Origin: Acidimicrobiia bacterium
GTDB taxonomy: Bacteria > Actinomycetota > Acidimicrobiia > Spongiisociales > ZC4RG35
DNA length: 45,766 bases
Reading direction: 5' to 3'
Assembly (NCBI GenBank): GCA_035250025.1
Contig: DATFFO010000035.1
Location: 1-45,766 of the forward strand
The notes under the pieces: model-generated
What the model saw: only the letters and a program-made list of their open reading frames with translations
Told to the model about the DNA's origin: nothing
Database searches by the model: none
Program-made: the position numbers and the translations under genes
Part shown: positions 15,846 to 24,210 of the stretch, piece by piece
Layout: each line of letters begins with the position of its first letter
Position numbering within the stretch: the first letter of the stretch is position 1

Positions 15846-16994
15846 GTGCGGCCGCTCGTCGTTCTCGGCGCCACCGGCTCGATCGGACGTCAGACCCTCG
15901 AGGTGGCAGAGCGTCTCGGATTGGAAATCGCCGGTCTGGGGGCCAACCTGGCCACTCCTGCCTTCGGCGCCCTGATGCGACGCCACCCCGAAGCCCGCGC
16001 CGTCCTGGCCGACGTCGACGGGGCCGGACGCCGGGAAGGAGGCGAATCGCTTCCGGGAGTCGAGTTCGGCTCTGAGGCCCTGGTCGCCCTCGCCGCCATG
16101 CCCGGATGCATTGTCGTGAACGGCATCGTCGGCGCCGCCGGTCTCGAGGCGACGCTGGCGGCTCTCGGCGCCGGCAACCGGCTCGCTCTGGCCAACAAGG
16201 AGAGCATGGTGACCGCCGGGGAGCTGGTGGCGGCGGCGAAGACGGCATCGGGGGCCGAGCTGATCCCGGTCGACTCCGAGCATTCCGCCCTCTTCCAATG
16301 CCTGGCAGGAGAGCATTCCGACGATGTGGCCCGGTTGGTGCTGACGGCATCGGGCGGCCCCTTCAGGGGACGTGACCGCTCCCAGCTTTCCGACGTCGGC
16401 CCCGACGAGGCCCTCCGCCATCCGACCTGGAACATGGGAGGTCGCATCACCATCGATTCCGCCACCCTGGTCAACAAGGGACTGGAGGTGATCGAGGCTC
16501 ATCACATGTTCGGGCTCGACTTCGATCGCATCGCCGTCGTCGTGCACCCCCAGTCGATCATGCACTCGGCGGTGGAGTTCGTCGACGGAGCTCTGAAGGC
16601 TCATATCGGGTACCCGGACATGCGGATTCCGATCCAGTACGCCCTCACCTACCCCCGCCGCCGCCCGGGCCCAGGAGGCCAATTCGAGCTCGCCGCCCAG
16701 GATCTCGTCTTCGAACCCGTCGACCGGACTGCCTTCCCCGCTCTCGACCTCGCCTACGAGGCCGGCCGGCTCGGGGGATCGGCCCCCGCCATCTACAACG
16801 CCGCCGACGAGGTCGCCGTCGCCGCCTTCCTCGAGGGAAGGCTCGGTTTCCTCGCCATCGCCGAGGTCCTGGCGAGTGCTCTTGAACGGGTGTCGCCCCA
16901 GCCCATCTCGGGCCTGGCGGACGTGTGGGAGGTGGACGCCGAGGCCAGGCGGGTCGCCGGGGAACTCGTCGACCGCATGGGTCTTAGGGAATGA
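15846..16994 (+). CDS. dxr: 1-deoxy-D-xylulose 5-phosphate reductoisomerase
   Basis: VVLGATGSIGRQTL, LANKESMV, DSEHSALFQC and NKGLEVIEAHHMF are Dxr motifs. Confidence 0.95.
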   Translation: MRPLVVLGATGSIGRQTLEVAERLGLEIAGLGANLATPAFGALMRRHPEARAVLADVDGAGRREGGESLPGVEFGSEALVALAAMPGCIVVNGIVGAAGLEATLAALGAGNRLALANKESMVTAGELVAAAKTASGAELIPVDSEHSALFQCLAGEHSDDVARLVLTASGGPFRGRDRSQLSDVGPDEALRHPTWNMGGRITIDSATLVNKGLEVIEAHHMFGLDFDRIAVVVHPQSIMHSAVEFVDGALKAHIGYPDMRIPIQYALTYPRRRPGPGGQFELAAQDLVFEPVDRTAFPALDLAYEAGRLGGSAPAIYNAADEVAVAAFLEGRLGFLAIAEVLASALERVSPQPISGLADVWEVDAEARRVAGELVDRMGLRE

Positions 16995-17092
16995 ACCGAT
17001 AGATGTCCGGCGAGGCAAACCTGAAAGGGAGGGCGGACGCAGGCCGGAACGGGCCTTCCCTATCGGCTCATCCCCTAAATGCGGGCGGCGGG

Positions 17093-17098
17093 TAGCTT
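17093..17098 (+). promoter_or_regulatory. Candidate -10 (TAGCTT) 6 nt upstream of the rseP ATG, suggesting a leaderless start
   Basis: TAGCTT-tatcgc-ATG with no SD. Confidence 0.4.
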
Positions 17099-17104
17099 TA
17101 TCGC

Positions 17105-18214
17105 ATGCTCGGAGGGTTGATCGGAATCCTGGCCATCGTGGTGTTCGTCACTGCCCACGAGGCCGGCCATTTCATAGCTGCCAAAGCCACCGGCATGAAG
17201 GCGACGGAATTCTTCTTCGGCTTCGGTCCCCGGTTGTGGTCGTTCCGGCGCGGCGAGACCGAGTACGGCATCAAGGCGATCCCGGCGGGCGGTTACGTTC
17301 GCATCGTGGGGATGAACCCGTTCGAGGAGGTCGAACCCGCCGATGTCGGGAGGACCTACCGCGAGAAGCCGTTCTGGAAGAAGTCCGTCGTGGTGCTGGC
17401 CGGTGTCGGCATGAACTTCCTGATCGCCTACGTCATGTTCTTCGCCCTGTTCATGTCGATCGGGATCGCCGAGCCGATTCCGGTGATCGACAACGTGATC
17501 GCCACCGTCGATGGTGAGCCCACGGCGGCGGCCGGCGCCGGCCTCCGTCGGGGTGACCGGATCTTCGGCGTCGACGGGGTCACATACGACGACTGGGACG
17601 ACATCTCCCTGGCCCTCGCCAACCGCCCCGGCGAGGCAGTGACTCTCAATGTCGAGCGAGCGGGTGAGTCCATCGACGTCCCGGTGCGTCTCGGCAGTCG
17701 CCCGGCCCTCGACGGCGAAGGCGAGAGGGGGTTCCTGGGAGTCGAGGCTTCGGTGCTGGAGCGTGATACAGGGCTCTTCGAGGGTCTCGGTCTGGCCGGC
17801 CAGGAGGTGTGGGCCAACATCGGCCTGACCTTCGAGGTGATGGGCCAACTCATCCAGCCGGAGTCGCTGGTCCGCCTGGCCGGGGTCTTCATCGGGAACA
17901 CGGACATTCCCCCCGAGATCCGCCCGGTCAGCCCTATCGGGATGGCCAACCTCGGGAGCCAGGTCGACGCCATCGGCATCGCCAACTACGTCGGCCTCCT
18001 CGCCTCCATCAACGTGATCCTGGCGACCTTCAACGTCATTCCGCTCCTGCCGCTCGACGGCGGCCACTTTGCCGTCGCCCTGTGGCAGAAGGTCACCGGA
18101 CGCGAGCCGGACGTCCGCAAGCTGGTCCCCGTGGCAGTGGCCGTGATCGTGCTCTTCACCTTCCTCGGCCTGGCGGCGATGATCCTCGACATCGTGGATC
18201 CGATTCGATTGTGA
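17105..18214 (+). CDS. rseP: Site-2 (M50) zinc metalloprotease RseP/Rip1 with a PDZ domain
   Basis: The HEAGHFIAAK zinc motif in TM1, a central PDZ-like region (GLRRGDRIFGVDGV) and NVIPLLPLDGGH. Same position as Rv2869c. Confidence 0.92.
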   Translation: MLGGLIGILAIVVFVTAHEAGHFIAAKATGMKATEFFFGFGPRLWSFRRGETEYGIKAIPAGGYVRIVGMNPFEEVEPADVGRTYREKPFWKKSVVVLAGVGMNFLIAYVMFFALFMSIGIAEPIPVIDNVIATVDGEPTAAAGAGLRRGDRIFGVDGVTYDDWDDISLALANRPGEAVTLNVERAGESIDVPVRLGSRPALDGEGERGFLGVEASVLERDTGLFEGLGLAGQEVWANIGLTFEVMGQLIQPESLVRLAGVFIGNTDIPPEIRPVSPIGMANLGSQVDAIGIANYVGLLASINVILATFNVIPLLPLDGGHFAVALWQKVTGREPDVRKLVPVAVAVIVLFTFLGLAAMILDIVDPIRL

Positions 18215-18288
18215 TGGGGCCCCCTTCCCTCGCCGCCTGTCGGCAGCTCGGTCACTGACCCCATCACGTGCGGCACCTTCCGGCGCCG

Positions 18289-18357
18289 CGTCCTCCGCGC
18301 ACTTCCGTCCTCCGCGCATTTCCGTCCTCCGTCTTCCGTCTTCCGTCTTCCAACTTC
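18289..18357. repeat. C/T-rich tandem-repeat array directly upstream of ispG
   Basis: Two 17-mers (CGTCCTCCGCGCAYTTC) are followed by five heptads: CGTCCTC, CGTCTTC x3, CAACTTC. The reverse complement GGAAGAC resembles the GGAAGTC heptads at 11705-11723 and a single GGAAGAC at 37661. Confidence 0.85.
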
Positions 18358-18361
18358 TGTC

Positions 18362-19600
18362 ATGGGAAACCACCAGGAAAGCCGTAGAATCACAACCGTG
18401 ATCCCACGCAAGAACACCCGGCAGCTGCGCGTCGGCGACGTGCCCGTCGGCGGGGGAGCGGAGATCTCAGTTCAGTCGATGACCACTACCAAGACGGCCG
18501 ACGTCGAGGGGACGCTGAGCCAGGTGTACGCCCTGCGTGGGGCGGGGGCCGACATCGTCCGCATCACTTGCAACGACGTCGACGCCGCCCAGGGCCTGGC
18601 GGAGATCGTGCCCCGATCGCCGGTTCCGATCGTGGCCGACATCCACTTCCAGTACAAGCTTGCCCTGGCGGCGATGGAGGCCGGTGTTGACGCCCTGCGA
18701 CTCAATCCGGGCAACATCCGCAACGAGGAGCACATCAAGACCGTCGCCCGGGAGGCGGGAGACCGCGGGATTCCCATCCGGGTTGGAGTCAATGCAGGCT
18801 CGCTCGACAAGGATCTCCTCGAGAGGTACGGCTCAGCGGTCCCCGAGGCCCTGGTGGCTTCTGCAGTCAAGGAGATCGGATATCTCGAGGACGTCGGCTT
18901 CAACGACATCAAGATCTCGGTGAAGCACTCGCACGTGCCGTCGATGGTCGACTCCTACCGGCTCCTTTCCGAGACGGTCGACTACCCGCTCCACCTCGGT
19001 GTCACCGAGGCGGGACCACCCCCTGGCGGACTGATCAAGTCGGTCGCCGGCATCGCCACGCTTCTCCAAGAGGGCATAGGCGACACCATTCGCTTCTCGC
19101 TCACCGCCGATCCGGTCGAGGAGGCGAAGGCCGGCCGTCAGTTGCTCGAGTACCTGGGCCTGCGAGCGCGGGCCGGTCTGGACCTCATCGCGTGCCCGTC
19201 ATGCGGTCGCGCCGAGGTGGACGTGATCGACGTCGCGACCCGCGCCCAGGCCGCCCTGGAAGCAGAGAAGCTGCCGATCCAGGTGGCGGTGATGGGCTGC
19301 GTGGTGAACGGTCCGGGCGAGGCCCGGGAAGCGGACATCGGGATCGCCTCGGGTCGAGGCCGCGGGCATCTGTTCATCAAGGGCCAGGTGGTCCGTGTCG
19401 TCCCCGAGGCAGAGATGGTGGAGGCTTTGCTCGAGGAGGCCCGGCTCCTGGTCGCCGAGGGCATCGACGCCCGATTGGCGGCCGCCGACGCCAACGCCGA
19501 GGAGTTGGCCCGCCAGACCCGCCAGCAATTGGTGGAGATCCAAGGGGATGCCAATCGAAACGCCGAACGCCGCGCCCGGGTGGCCGAGGTCGCCGAGTGA
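18362..19600 (+). CDS. ispG: 4-hydroxy-3-methylbut-2-enyl diphosphate synthase (alternative start GTG 18398)
   Basis: RKNTRQLRVGDVPVGGGAEISVQSMTTT, RITCND, LRLNPGN and the [4Fe-4S] cysteines CPSCGR...GCVVNGPGE. Confidence 0.95.
   Translation: MGNHQESRRITTVIPRKNTRQLRVGDVPVGGGAEISVQSMTTTKTADVEGTLSQVYALRGAGADIVRITCNDVDAAQGLAEIVPRSPVPIVADIHFQYKLALAAMEAGVDALRLNPGNIRNEEHIKTVAREAGDRGIPIRVGVNAGSLDKDLLERYGSAVPEALVASAVKEIGYLEDVGFNDIKISVKHSHVPSMVDSYRLLSETVDYPLHLGVTEAGPPPGGLIKSVAGIATLLQEGIGDTIRFSLTADPVEEAKAGRQLLEYLGLRARAGLDLIACPSCGRAEVDVIDVATRAQAALEAEKLPIQVAVMGCVVNGPGEAREADIGIASGRGRGHLFIKGQVVRVVPEAEMVEALLEEARLLVAEGIDARLAAADANAEELARQTRQQLVEIQGDANRNAERRARVAEVAE
18385..18390 (+). promoter_or_regulatory. 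Candidate -10 (TAGAAT) 7 nt upstream of an in-frame ispG GTG at 18398
   Basis: TAGAAT-cacaacc-GTG. If used, ispG is leaderless and 12 codons shorter than the ATG-18362 model. Confidence 0.35.
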
Positions 19601-19608
19601 GGCGGTAC

Positions 19609-19635
19609 TTGGTTGTAAGTTCTAGGTTCTAGGTT
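19609..19635. repeat. Second copy of the 27-nt TTGGTTGT-N6-TAGGTT-N-TAGGTY motif
   Basis: TTGGTTGTAAGTTCTAGGTTCTAGGTT lies 8 nt after the ispG stop. By my count 21 of 27 positions are identical, with identical spacing, to 11663..11689. Confidence 0.75.
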
Positions 19636-19734
19636 CGGGGTCGCCAACCGAGTTGAACGACTGGTGCGGGGACCCACCCACCTGTACCGGTCGTCGCGAA
19701 CGCTCCAAACCCCTCGGGTAGAGTTACCCAGTTC

Positions 19735-21456
19735 ATGCGCTGGTCCCACGCCTTCATACCTACGCTTCGTGACGACCCGGCCGGAGCCGAGGCGACGAGT
19801 CACCGGCTATTGGTCCGGGCCGGCTTCATTCGGCAGTTGTCGGCCGGGCACTACTCGATGCTGCCGCTCGGCCAGCGGACCCGCCTCAAGGTGACGGCGA
19901 TCGTTCGTCGAGAGATGAATCGCATCGGCGGCCAGGAGGTCGTGCTGCCCACCCTTCACCCAGCCGAGATCTGGCGTCAGTCGGGCCGCTTCGATCTGAT
20001 GGGCGAAAACCTGTTCAAACTGGTCGACCGCCGGGGGATGGACAACGTGCTCGGGATGACCGAGGAGGAGTTGTTCGCCATCCTCGCCACGGAGCTGAGC
20101 TCGTACCGCCAGCTGCCGCAAATCTGGTACCAGATCCACTCCAAATACCGCGACGAGCCCCGTCCCAAGTCGGGTCTGCTGCGCGTGCGCGAGTTCACCA
20201 TGAAGGACGCCTACACCCTCGACGTCGACCGCGCCGGGCTGGATCGCGGGTTCGACAAGATGCATGCCGCCTACCTTCGGATCTTCGCCAGCCTGGGTCT
20301 GGAAGCTGTCGACGTGGAGGCTTCGTCGGGAGCGATGGGGGGCTCGGAGTCCGTCGAGTTCATGGTCGCCAGCGACGCCGGGGAGGACTGGATCGTCACC
20401 TGTCCCAACTGTGACTATCGCGCCAACCTCGAGCGGGCCGTTTCCCGCCTCGACGCCGTCGACGACGGCGAGAGAGGTGCGGCGCCCGCACGTCTCTCCA
20501 CCCCGGGCATACGGACGATCGCCGGCCTGGCCGAGGCCCACCCGGATGTCGCCGACCCCGTTCGCCAGTTGAAGACCCTGGTCTATGTCGTCGACGGTGT
20601 CACGACGCTGGCGGTTCTCCGTGGCGACCACGATCTTCAGGACCAGAAGCTGCTCGACGCCACCAAGGCGGCTGCCGCCCGTCCCGCCCAGCCCGACGAG
20701 GTGCAAGCTGCGCTCGGCGCCCTTCCCGGGAGTCTGGGTGCGGTCGGGGTGACAGACCATCCGGTCCTGGTCGACGAGTCCCTGCGGGGCCGGTTCAACA
20801 TGGTCACCGGTGCCAACGACGACGACTGGCACCTGACGGCGGTCGACGTCGATCGCGACCTGGGCCCCGACGTCACCTACGCCGACCTGCGCGAGGTCAA
20901 GGCCGGGGAGCCATGTCCCAAATGCGGTACCGCCCTCGAGATGTGGAAAGGCATCGAGGTCGGTCACATCTTCAAGCTGGGCACCAAGTTCTCGGTCGCC
21001 TTCGAGGCGACGGTCCAGGACGACGCCGGGGACTCCCACCCGATCATCATGGGCTCCTACGGGATCGGCATCGAACGCAACATGGCCGCCGTCGTGGAGG
21101 CGAGCCACGACGAGCGAGGGATCATCTGGCCCGTGGCGATCGCACCGTACGAGGTCGTGGTGACTCTCCTCCGTCCTGACGACGTCGCCGCGTCATCGGC
21201 TGCCGAGGACCTCTACAAGCAACTCGAGGCGGCCGGCGTCGAGGTGATCCTCGACGATCGGGCAGAACGGCCCGGCGTCAAGTTCGCCGACTCCGAGCTG
21301 ATCGGGATCCCGTGGCGCATCACCGTGGGACCTCGTGGCGTCGAAGCCGGCACCGTGGAGGTGACCGAGCGGGCGACGATGGAGACGAGGGAAGTCGCCA
21401 TCGACTCGGTGGCCGACGAGGTGGCCGGCCTGGTGGCCGCCGCCAAGTCAGCCTGA
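19735..21456 (+). CDS. proS: Prolyl-tRNA synthetase (bacterial type with an editing insertion)
   Basis: 573 aa, MRWSHAFIPTLRDDPAGAEATSHRLLVRAGFIRQ..., with class II motifs (FRDEPRPKSGLLRVREF, GSYGIGIER) and a C-terminal anticodon-binding domain. Confidence 0.96.
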   Translation: MRWSHAFIPTLRDDPAGAEATSHRLLVRAGFIRQLSAGHYSMLPLGQRTRLKVTAIVRREMNRIGGQEVVLPTLHPAEIWRQSGRFDLMGENLFKLVDRRGMDNVLGMTEEELFAILATELSSYRQLPQIWYQIHSKYRDEPRPKSGLLRVREFTMKDAYTLDVDRAGLDRGFDKMHAAYLRIFASLGLEAVDVEASSGAMGGSESVEFMVASDAGEDWIVTCPNCDYRANLERAVSRLDAVDDGERGAAPARLSTPGIRTIAGLAEAHPDVADPVRQLKTLVYVVDGVTTLAVLRGDHDLQDQKLLDATKAAAARPAQPDEVQAALGALPGSLGAVGVTDHPVLVDESLRGRFNMVTGANDDDWHLTAVDVDRDLGPDVTYADLREVKAGEPCPKCGTALEMWKGIEVGHIFKLGTKFSVAFEATVQDDAGDSHPIIMGSYGIGIERNMAAVVEASHDERGIIWPVAIAPYEVVVTLLRPDDVAASSAAEDLYKQLEAAGVEVILDDRAERPGVKFADSELIGIPWRITVGPRGVEAGTVEVTERATMETREVAIDSVADEVAGLVAAAKSA

Positions 21457-21476
21457 CCGGATCATCTCACTCAGGC

Positions 21477-22259
21477 TCAAGCGAAACGCTCGGCTCCGGA
21501 ATACAGCACGAAACGGTCGCCCCGGCTGAAGCCGATCAGCGTCAGCCCCATCTCCTCGGCCAACTCGGCGGCGAGCGAAGAGGCGGCGGACACACCGGCG
21601 ACGACCGGGATCCCGGCCACCGCCGCTTTCTGGGCGACCTCGAAGGAGATTCGGCCGGACACGACCAGTACCACCTCGCCGAGCGGCCATCGATCTGCGA
21701 TGAGGCGCCCGATCGCCTTGTCGACGGCGTTGTGGCGGCCCACGTCTTCGGCGGACGAGAGGACCACCCCGTCGACCGTGCATACGGCGGCGGCGTGCAG
21801 TCCGCCCGTGCGGTCGAAGACAGGCTGGACGGAGGCCAGCGCAGCCATCCAGCGAGCAGGGTGGCCGGCGCCAAAAAGGGGTCCTGGAGGCGGGCGGCGT
21901 CCGGCCACCCGGACGGCATCGATCGACGCCTTGCCACACACACCGCACGAAGAGGAAACGTAGGCGGAGCGGCGGAATCGTTCCGGGTCGATCTCCACCC
22001 CAGGTGCGAGGCGCAGCTCGAAGCGGTCGCCGTCGCCGATCGAGTACACAGAGGCGATCTCCGAAGGGGAGAGGACGATGCCCTCGGTCAACGCGAATCC
22101 CCGGGCCAGGGCAACGTCGTCCCCGGGCGTGCGCATCAGCACCGCTAGGGGAACGCCGAGAAGCCGTATCTCCACCGGGGCTTCCTCCGCCAGTTCGTCC
22201 TGGCGACGGCTGGAGGCACCGTCTTCAACCGCCAACACGTCCCTTCGAACCGAAGTCAT
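21477..22259 (-). CDS. fdhD: Formate dehydrogenase accessory sulfurtransferase FdhD
   Basis: 260 aa with ...EAPVEIRL..., the SSCGVCGKASID cysteine motif and DVGRHNAVDKAIG. Confidence 0.9.
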   Translation of the reverse strand: MTSVRRDVLAVEDGASSRRQDELAEEAPVEIRLLGVPLAVLMRTPGDDVALARGFALTEGIVLSPSEIASVYSIGDGDRFELRLAPGVEIDPERFRRSAYVSSSCGVCGKASIDAVRVAGRRPPPGPLFGAGHPARWMAALASVQPVFDRTGGLHAAAVCTVDGVVLSSAEDVGRHNAVDKAIGRLIADRWPLGEVVLVVSGRISFEVAQKAAVAGIPVVAGVSAASSLAAELAEEMGLTLIGFSRGDRFVLYSGAERFA

Positions 22260-22265
22260 GGATGA

Positions 22266-22271
22266 AGCGTA
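22266..22271 (-). promoter_or_regulatory. Candidate -10 (TACGCT) 6 nt upstream of the fdhD ATG, suggesting a leaderless start
   Basis: The reverse strand reads TACGCT-tcatcc-ATG with no SD. Confidence 0.4.
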
Positions 22272-22335
22272 GGACAGGGGGTTGATTCAACGGCCGATCG
22301 GCTGGAGCCGGGTCCCGGTCTGCAAGCATGGAACG

Positions 22336-23406
22336 ATGCGAGTGCACAACTTCGGCGCCGGACCCTGCGCCCTCCCTCTCGAGGTCCTGGAGGAGGTGCG
22401 TGAGGAGTTCCCCGACTACCGCGGCACCGGGATGACTGTGGTGGAGATGAGCCACCGATCGGCGGACTACCAGCAGATCCACGACGAAGCCAAGGAGCTG
22501 GCTCGAAAGGTCTCAGGGGCCCCGGACGACTTCGAGATCCTTTTCCTCCAGGGTGGAGCGACCCTCCAGTTCACGATGGTGCCCATGAACCTCCTCGGTG
22601 ATGGTCAGCGAGCCGGCTACCTGGTCACCGGGGCGTGGGGCAAGAAGGCCCTGGCCGATGCCGTTGCCTACGGGGGGTATCCGGCCTGGTCGGGCGCCGA
22701 CACTGGTTTCACGACCATGCCCGCTCCCGCCGCCGCCACGGTGGAAGAAGGCACCCGATACCTCCATGTCACGTCGAACGAGACCATTGGGGGGATCAGG
22801 CTCGTCGACCTCCCCGATGGCGACGTGCCACTGGTCAACGACATGTCCTCTGACTACCTGGCACGACCGATCGCATGGGATCGCCATGACATCGTCTACG
22901 GCGGCGTCCAGAAGAATCTCGCCCCGGCAGGCATGGCCCTGGTCTTCATCCGCCGCTCGGCGGTGGAGCCGCGTGACGACCTGGGAACCTATCTGCGCTA
23001 CAGCACCCATGTGGAAGGCGATTCTCTGGCCAACACGCCGGCCATGTTCCAGACCTACGTGATGGGCAAGGTTCTCGCTCACCTCGAAAAGAGCGGCGGC
23101 ATCGCCGGTCTGGAAGAGCGCTCGGCCGCCAAGTCGAGCCTGGTTTACGAAGCGATCGAGGCGTCCGAGGGCTTCTACCGATCGCCTGTGGACCCGGCGG
23201 TGCGTTCCCACACCAACGTCGTGTGGCGCCTCCCGAGCGAGGAGCTCGAGAAAGAGTTCGTGGCCAGGGCAACGGCGGCGGGAATGATCGGGCTCAAAGG
23301 ACACCGGAGCGTCGGGGGCATCCGAGCCTCCCTCTATGCCGCCACCGAGATGCCGACTGTGGAGGTCCTGGTCGAGTTCATGGCTGACTTCGCCGCCGGC
23401 CACTGA
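22336..23406 (+). CDS. serC: Phosphoserine aminotransferase
   Basis: MRVHNFGAGPCALPLEVLEEV...MSHRS..., YGGVQKNLAPAGMALVFIR (PLP lysine region) and GHRSVGGIRASLYAA. Confidence 0.93.
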   Translation: MRVHNFGAGPCALPLEVLEEVREEFPDYRGTGMTVVEMSHRSADYQQIHDEAKELARKVSGAPDDFEILFLQGGATLQFTMVPMNLLGDGQRAGYLVTGAWGKKALADAVAYGGYPAWSGADTGFTTMPAPAAATVEEGTRYLHVTSNETIGGIRLVDLPDGDVPLVNDMSSDYLARPIAWDRHDIVYGGVQKNLAPAGMALVFIRRSAVEPRDDLGTYLRYSTHVEGDSLANTPAMFQTYVMGKVLAHLEKSGGIAGLEERSAAKSSLVYEAIEASEGFYRSPVDPAVRSHTNVVWRLPSEELEKEFVARATAAGMIGLKGHRSVGGIRASLYAATEMPTVEVLVEFMADFAAGH

Positions 23407-23576
23407 GCCTGGATCCACCGACAGACGGCGAGGAAGACCGGACCCTTCCCTGTCCAGGTGGGGCATCCGGCCGAATCGGGGCTCCACCGGGAGTGATCCC
23501 AAGAAACTGAGGCCATGGGGCTTGGCCACCGACCACCGAGGTCGACGAGCCAAGCGAATGGTGGATCCGGGCTGAG
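23407..23576. repeat. Interspersed stem-forming repeat, long copy (about 170 bp)
   Basis: It begins right after the serC TGA. It has the same 5' end (gcctggatccaccgaCagacggcgaggaagaccgg) and 3' end (gccaagcgaatggtggatccgggctgag) as 8327..8416, with about 80 extra internal nt. Confidence 0.75.
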
Positions 23577-23621
23577 TGCGTGAGCGGAGCTCGGCGGGAA
23601 TCCCCTCACCTGGCGGACCGG

Positions 23622-23627
23622 TATACT
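23622..23627 (+). promoter_or_regulatory. Candidate -10 (TATACT) for the rimP-nusA-infB operon
   Basis: TATACT lies about 100 nt upstream of the rimP ATG. There is no good -35. Confidence 0.25.
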
Positions 23628-23660
23628 CGGGACCTGCCAACTGACATCGCTTTTCCGCAC

Positions 23661-23680
23661 AGGTGGGCGTTTGCCCACCT
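23661..23680 (+). terminator. Perfect 8-bp hairpin in the rimP leader; a candidate attenuator or the serC terminator
   Basis: aggtgggc-gttt-gcccacct is followed by ctttggtgtg, a weak U-run. Confidence 0.3.
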
Positions 23681-23726
23681 CTTTGGTGTGGAGGGGCGCT
23701 TTTCCGACGAAACGCCAAATGAACAA

Positions 23727-24200
23727 ATGAGTACCAGCACACCGCTCTGGGAGATCACCGAGAACTACCTGGTTGCCGAGCATCTCGAGCTCGACGATCT
23801 CGAAGTGCTGGGCAGGGGACGGGCACGGACCGTGAAGGTGGTCGTCGACGGAGACGGACTCGATCTCGACCGGATCTCCGAGGTCTCACGGGGTCTCTCC
23901 CGCCTCTATGACGCCGAATACGACACCGAGGACCCCTACCAGCTCGAGGTGACGTCGCCCGGTCTGGAGCGGGCGCTCAAGCGCCCCACCCACTTCCGCA
24001 AGTCGATCGGACGCGAGGTGGCGGTGAAAGCGCGCGACTCCGAGGGCAAGGTCCGGACGCTCAAAGGGATTCTGACCGCCGCCGGCGAGGACTCCTTCAC
24101 AGTCGCCGTCGACGATGTCGAGCACGACTACCCCTACGACGCCGTGATCTCGGCCCGAACAGTCTTCCGGTGGCAATCCGCTCCCAAGCCGGGGAAATAG
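23727..24200 (+). CDS. rimP: Ribosome maturation factor RimP
   Basis: MSTSTPLWEITENYLVAEHLELDDLEVLGRG..RTVKVVVDGDGLDLDRISEVSRGLSRLYD...YQLEVTSPGLERALK. The ORF-track start at 23580 adds a non-conserved 49 aa. Confidence 0.85.
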   Translation: MSTSTPLWEITENYLVAEHLELDDLEVLGRGRARTVKVVVDGDGLDLDRISEVSRGLSRLYDAEYDTEDPYQLEVTSPGLERALKRPTHFRKSIGREVAVKARDSEGKVRTLKGILTAAGEDSFTVAVDDVEHDYPYDAVISARTVFRWQSAPKPGK

Positions 24201-24210
24201 GAGAACGACG

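Noticed and set aside
19601-19734. T-box or other riboswitch upstream of proS; FMN riboswitch near ribF
   Set aside because: I could not find a T-box specifier or antiterminator consensus, or any long conserved-looking fold, in the 134-nt proS spacer. ribF overlaps truB (ATGA), leaving no room for a leader.
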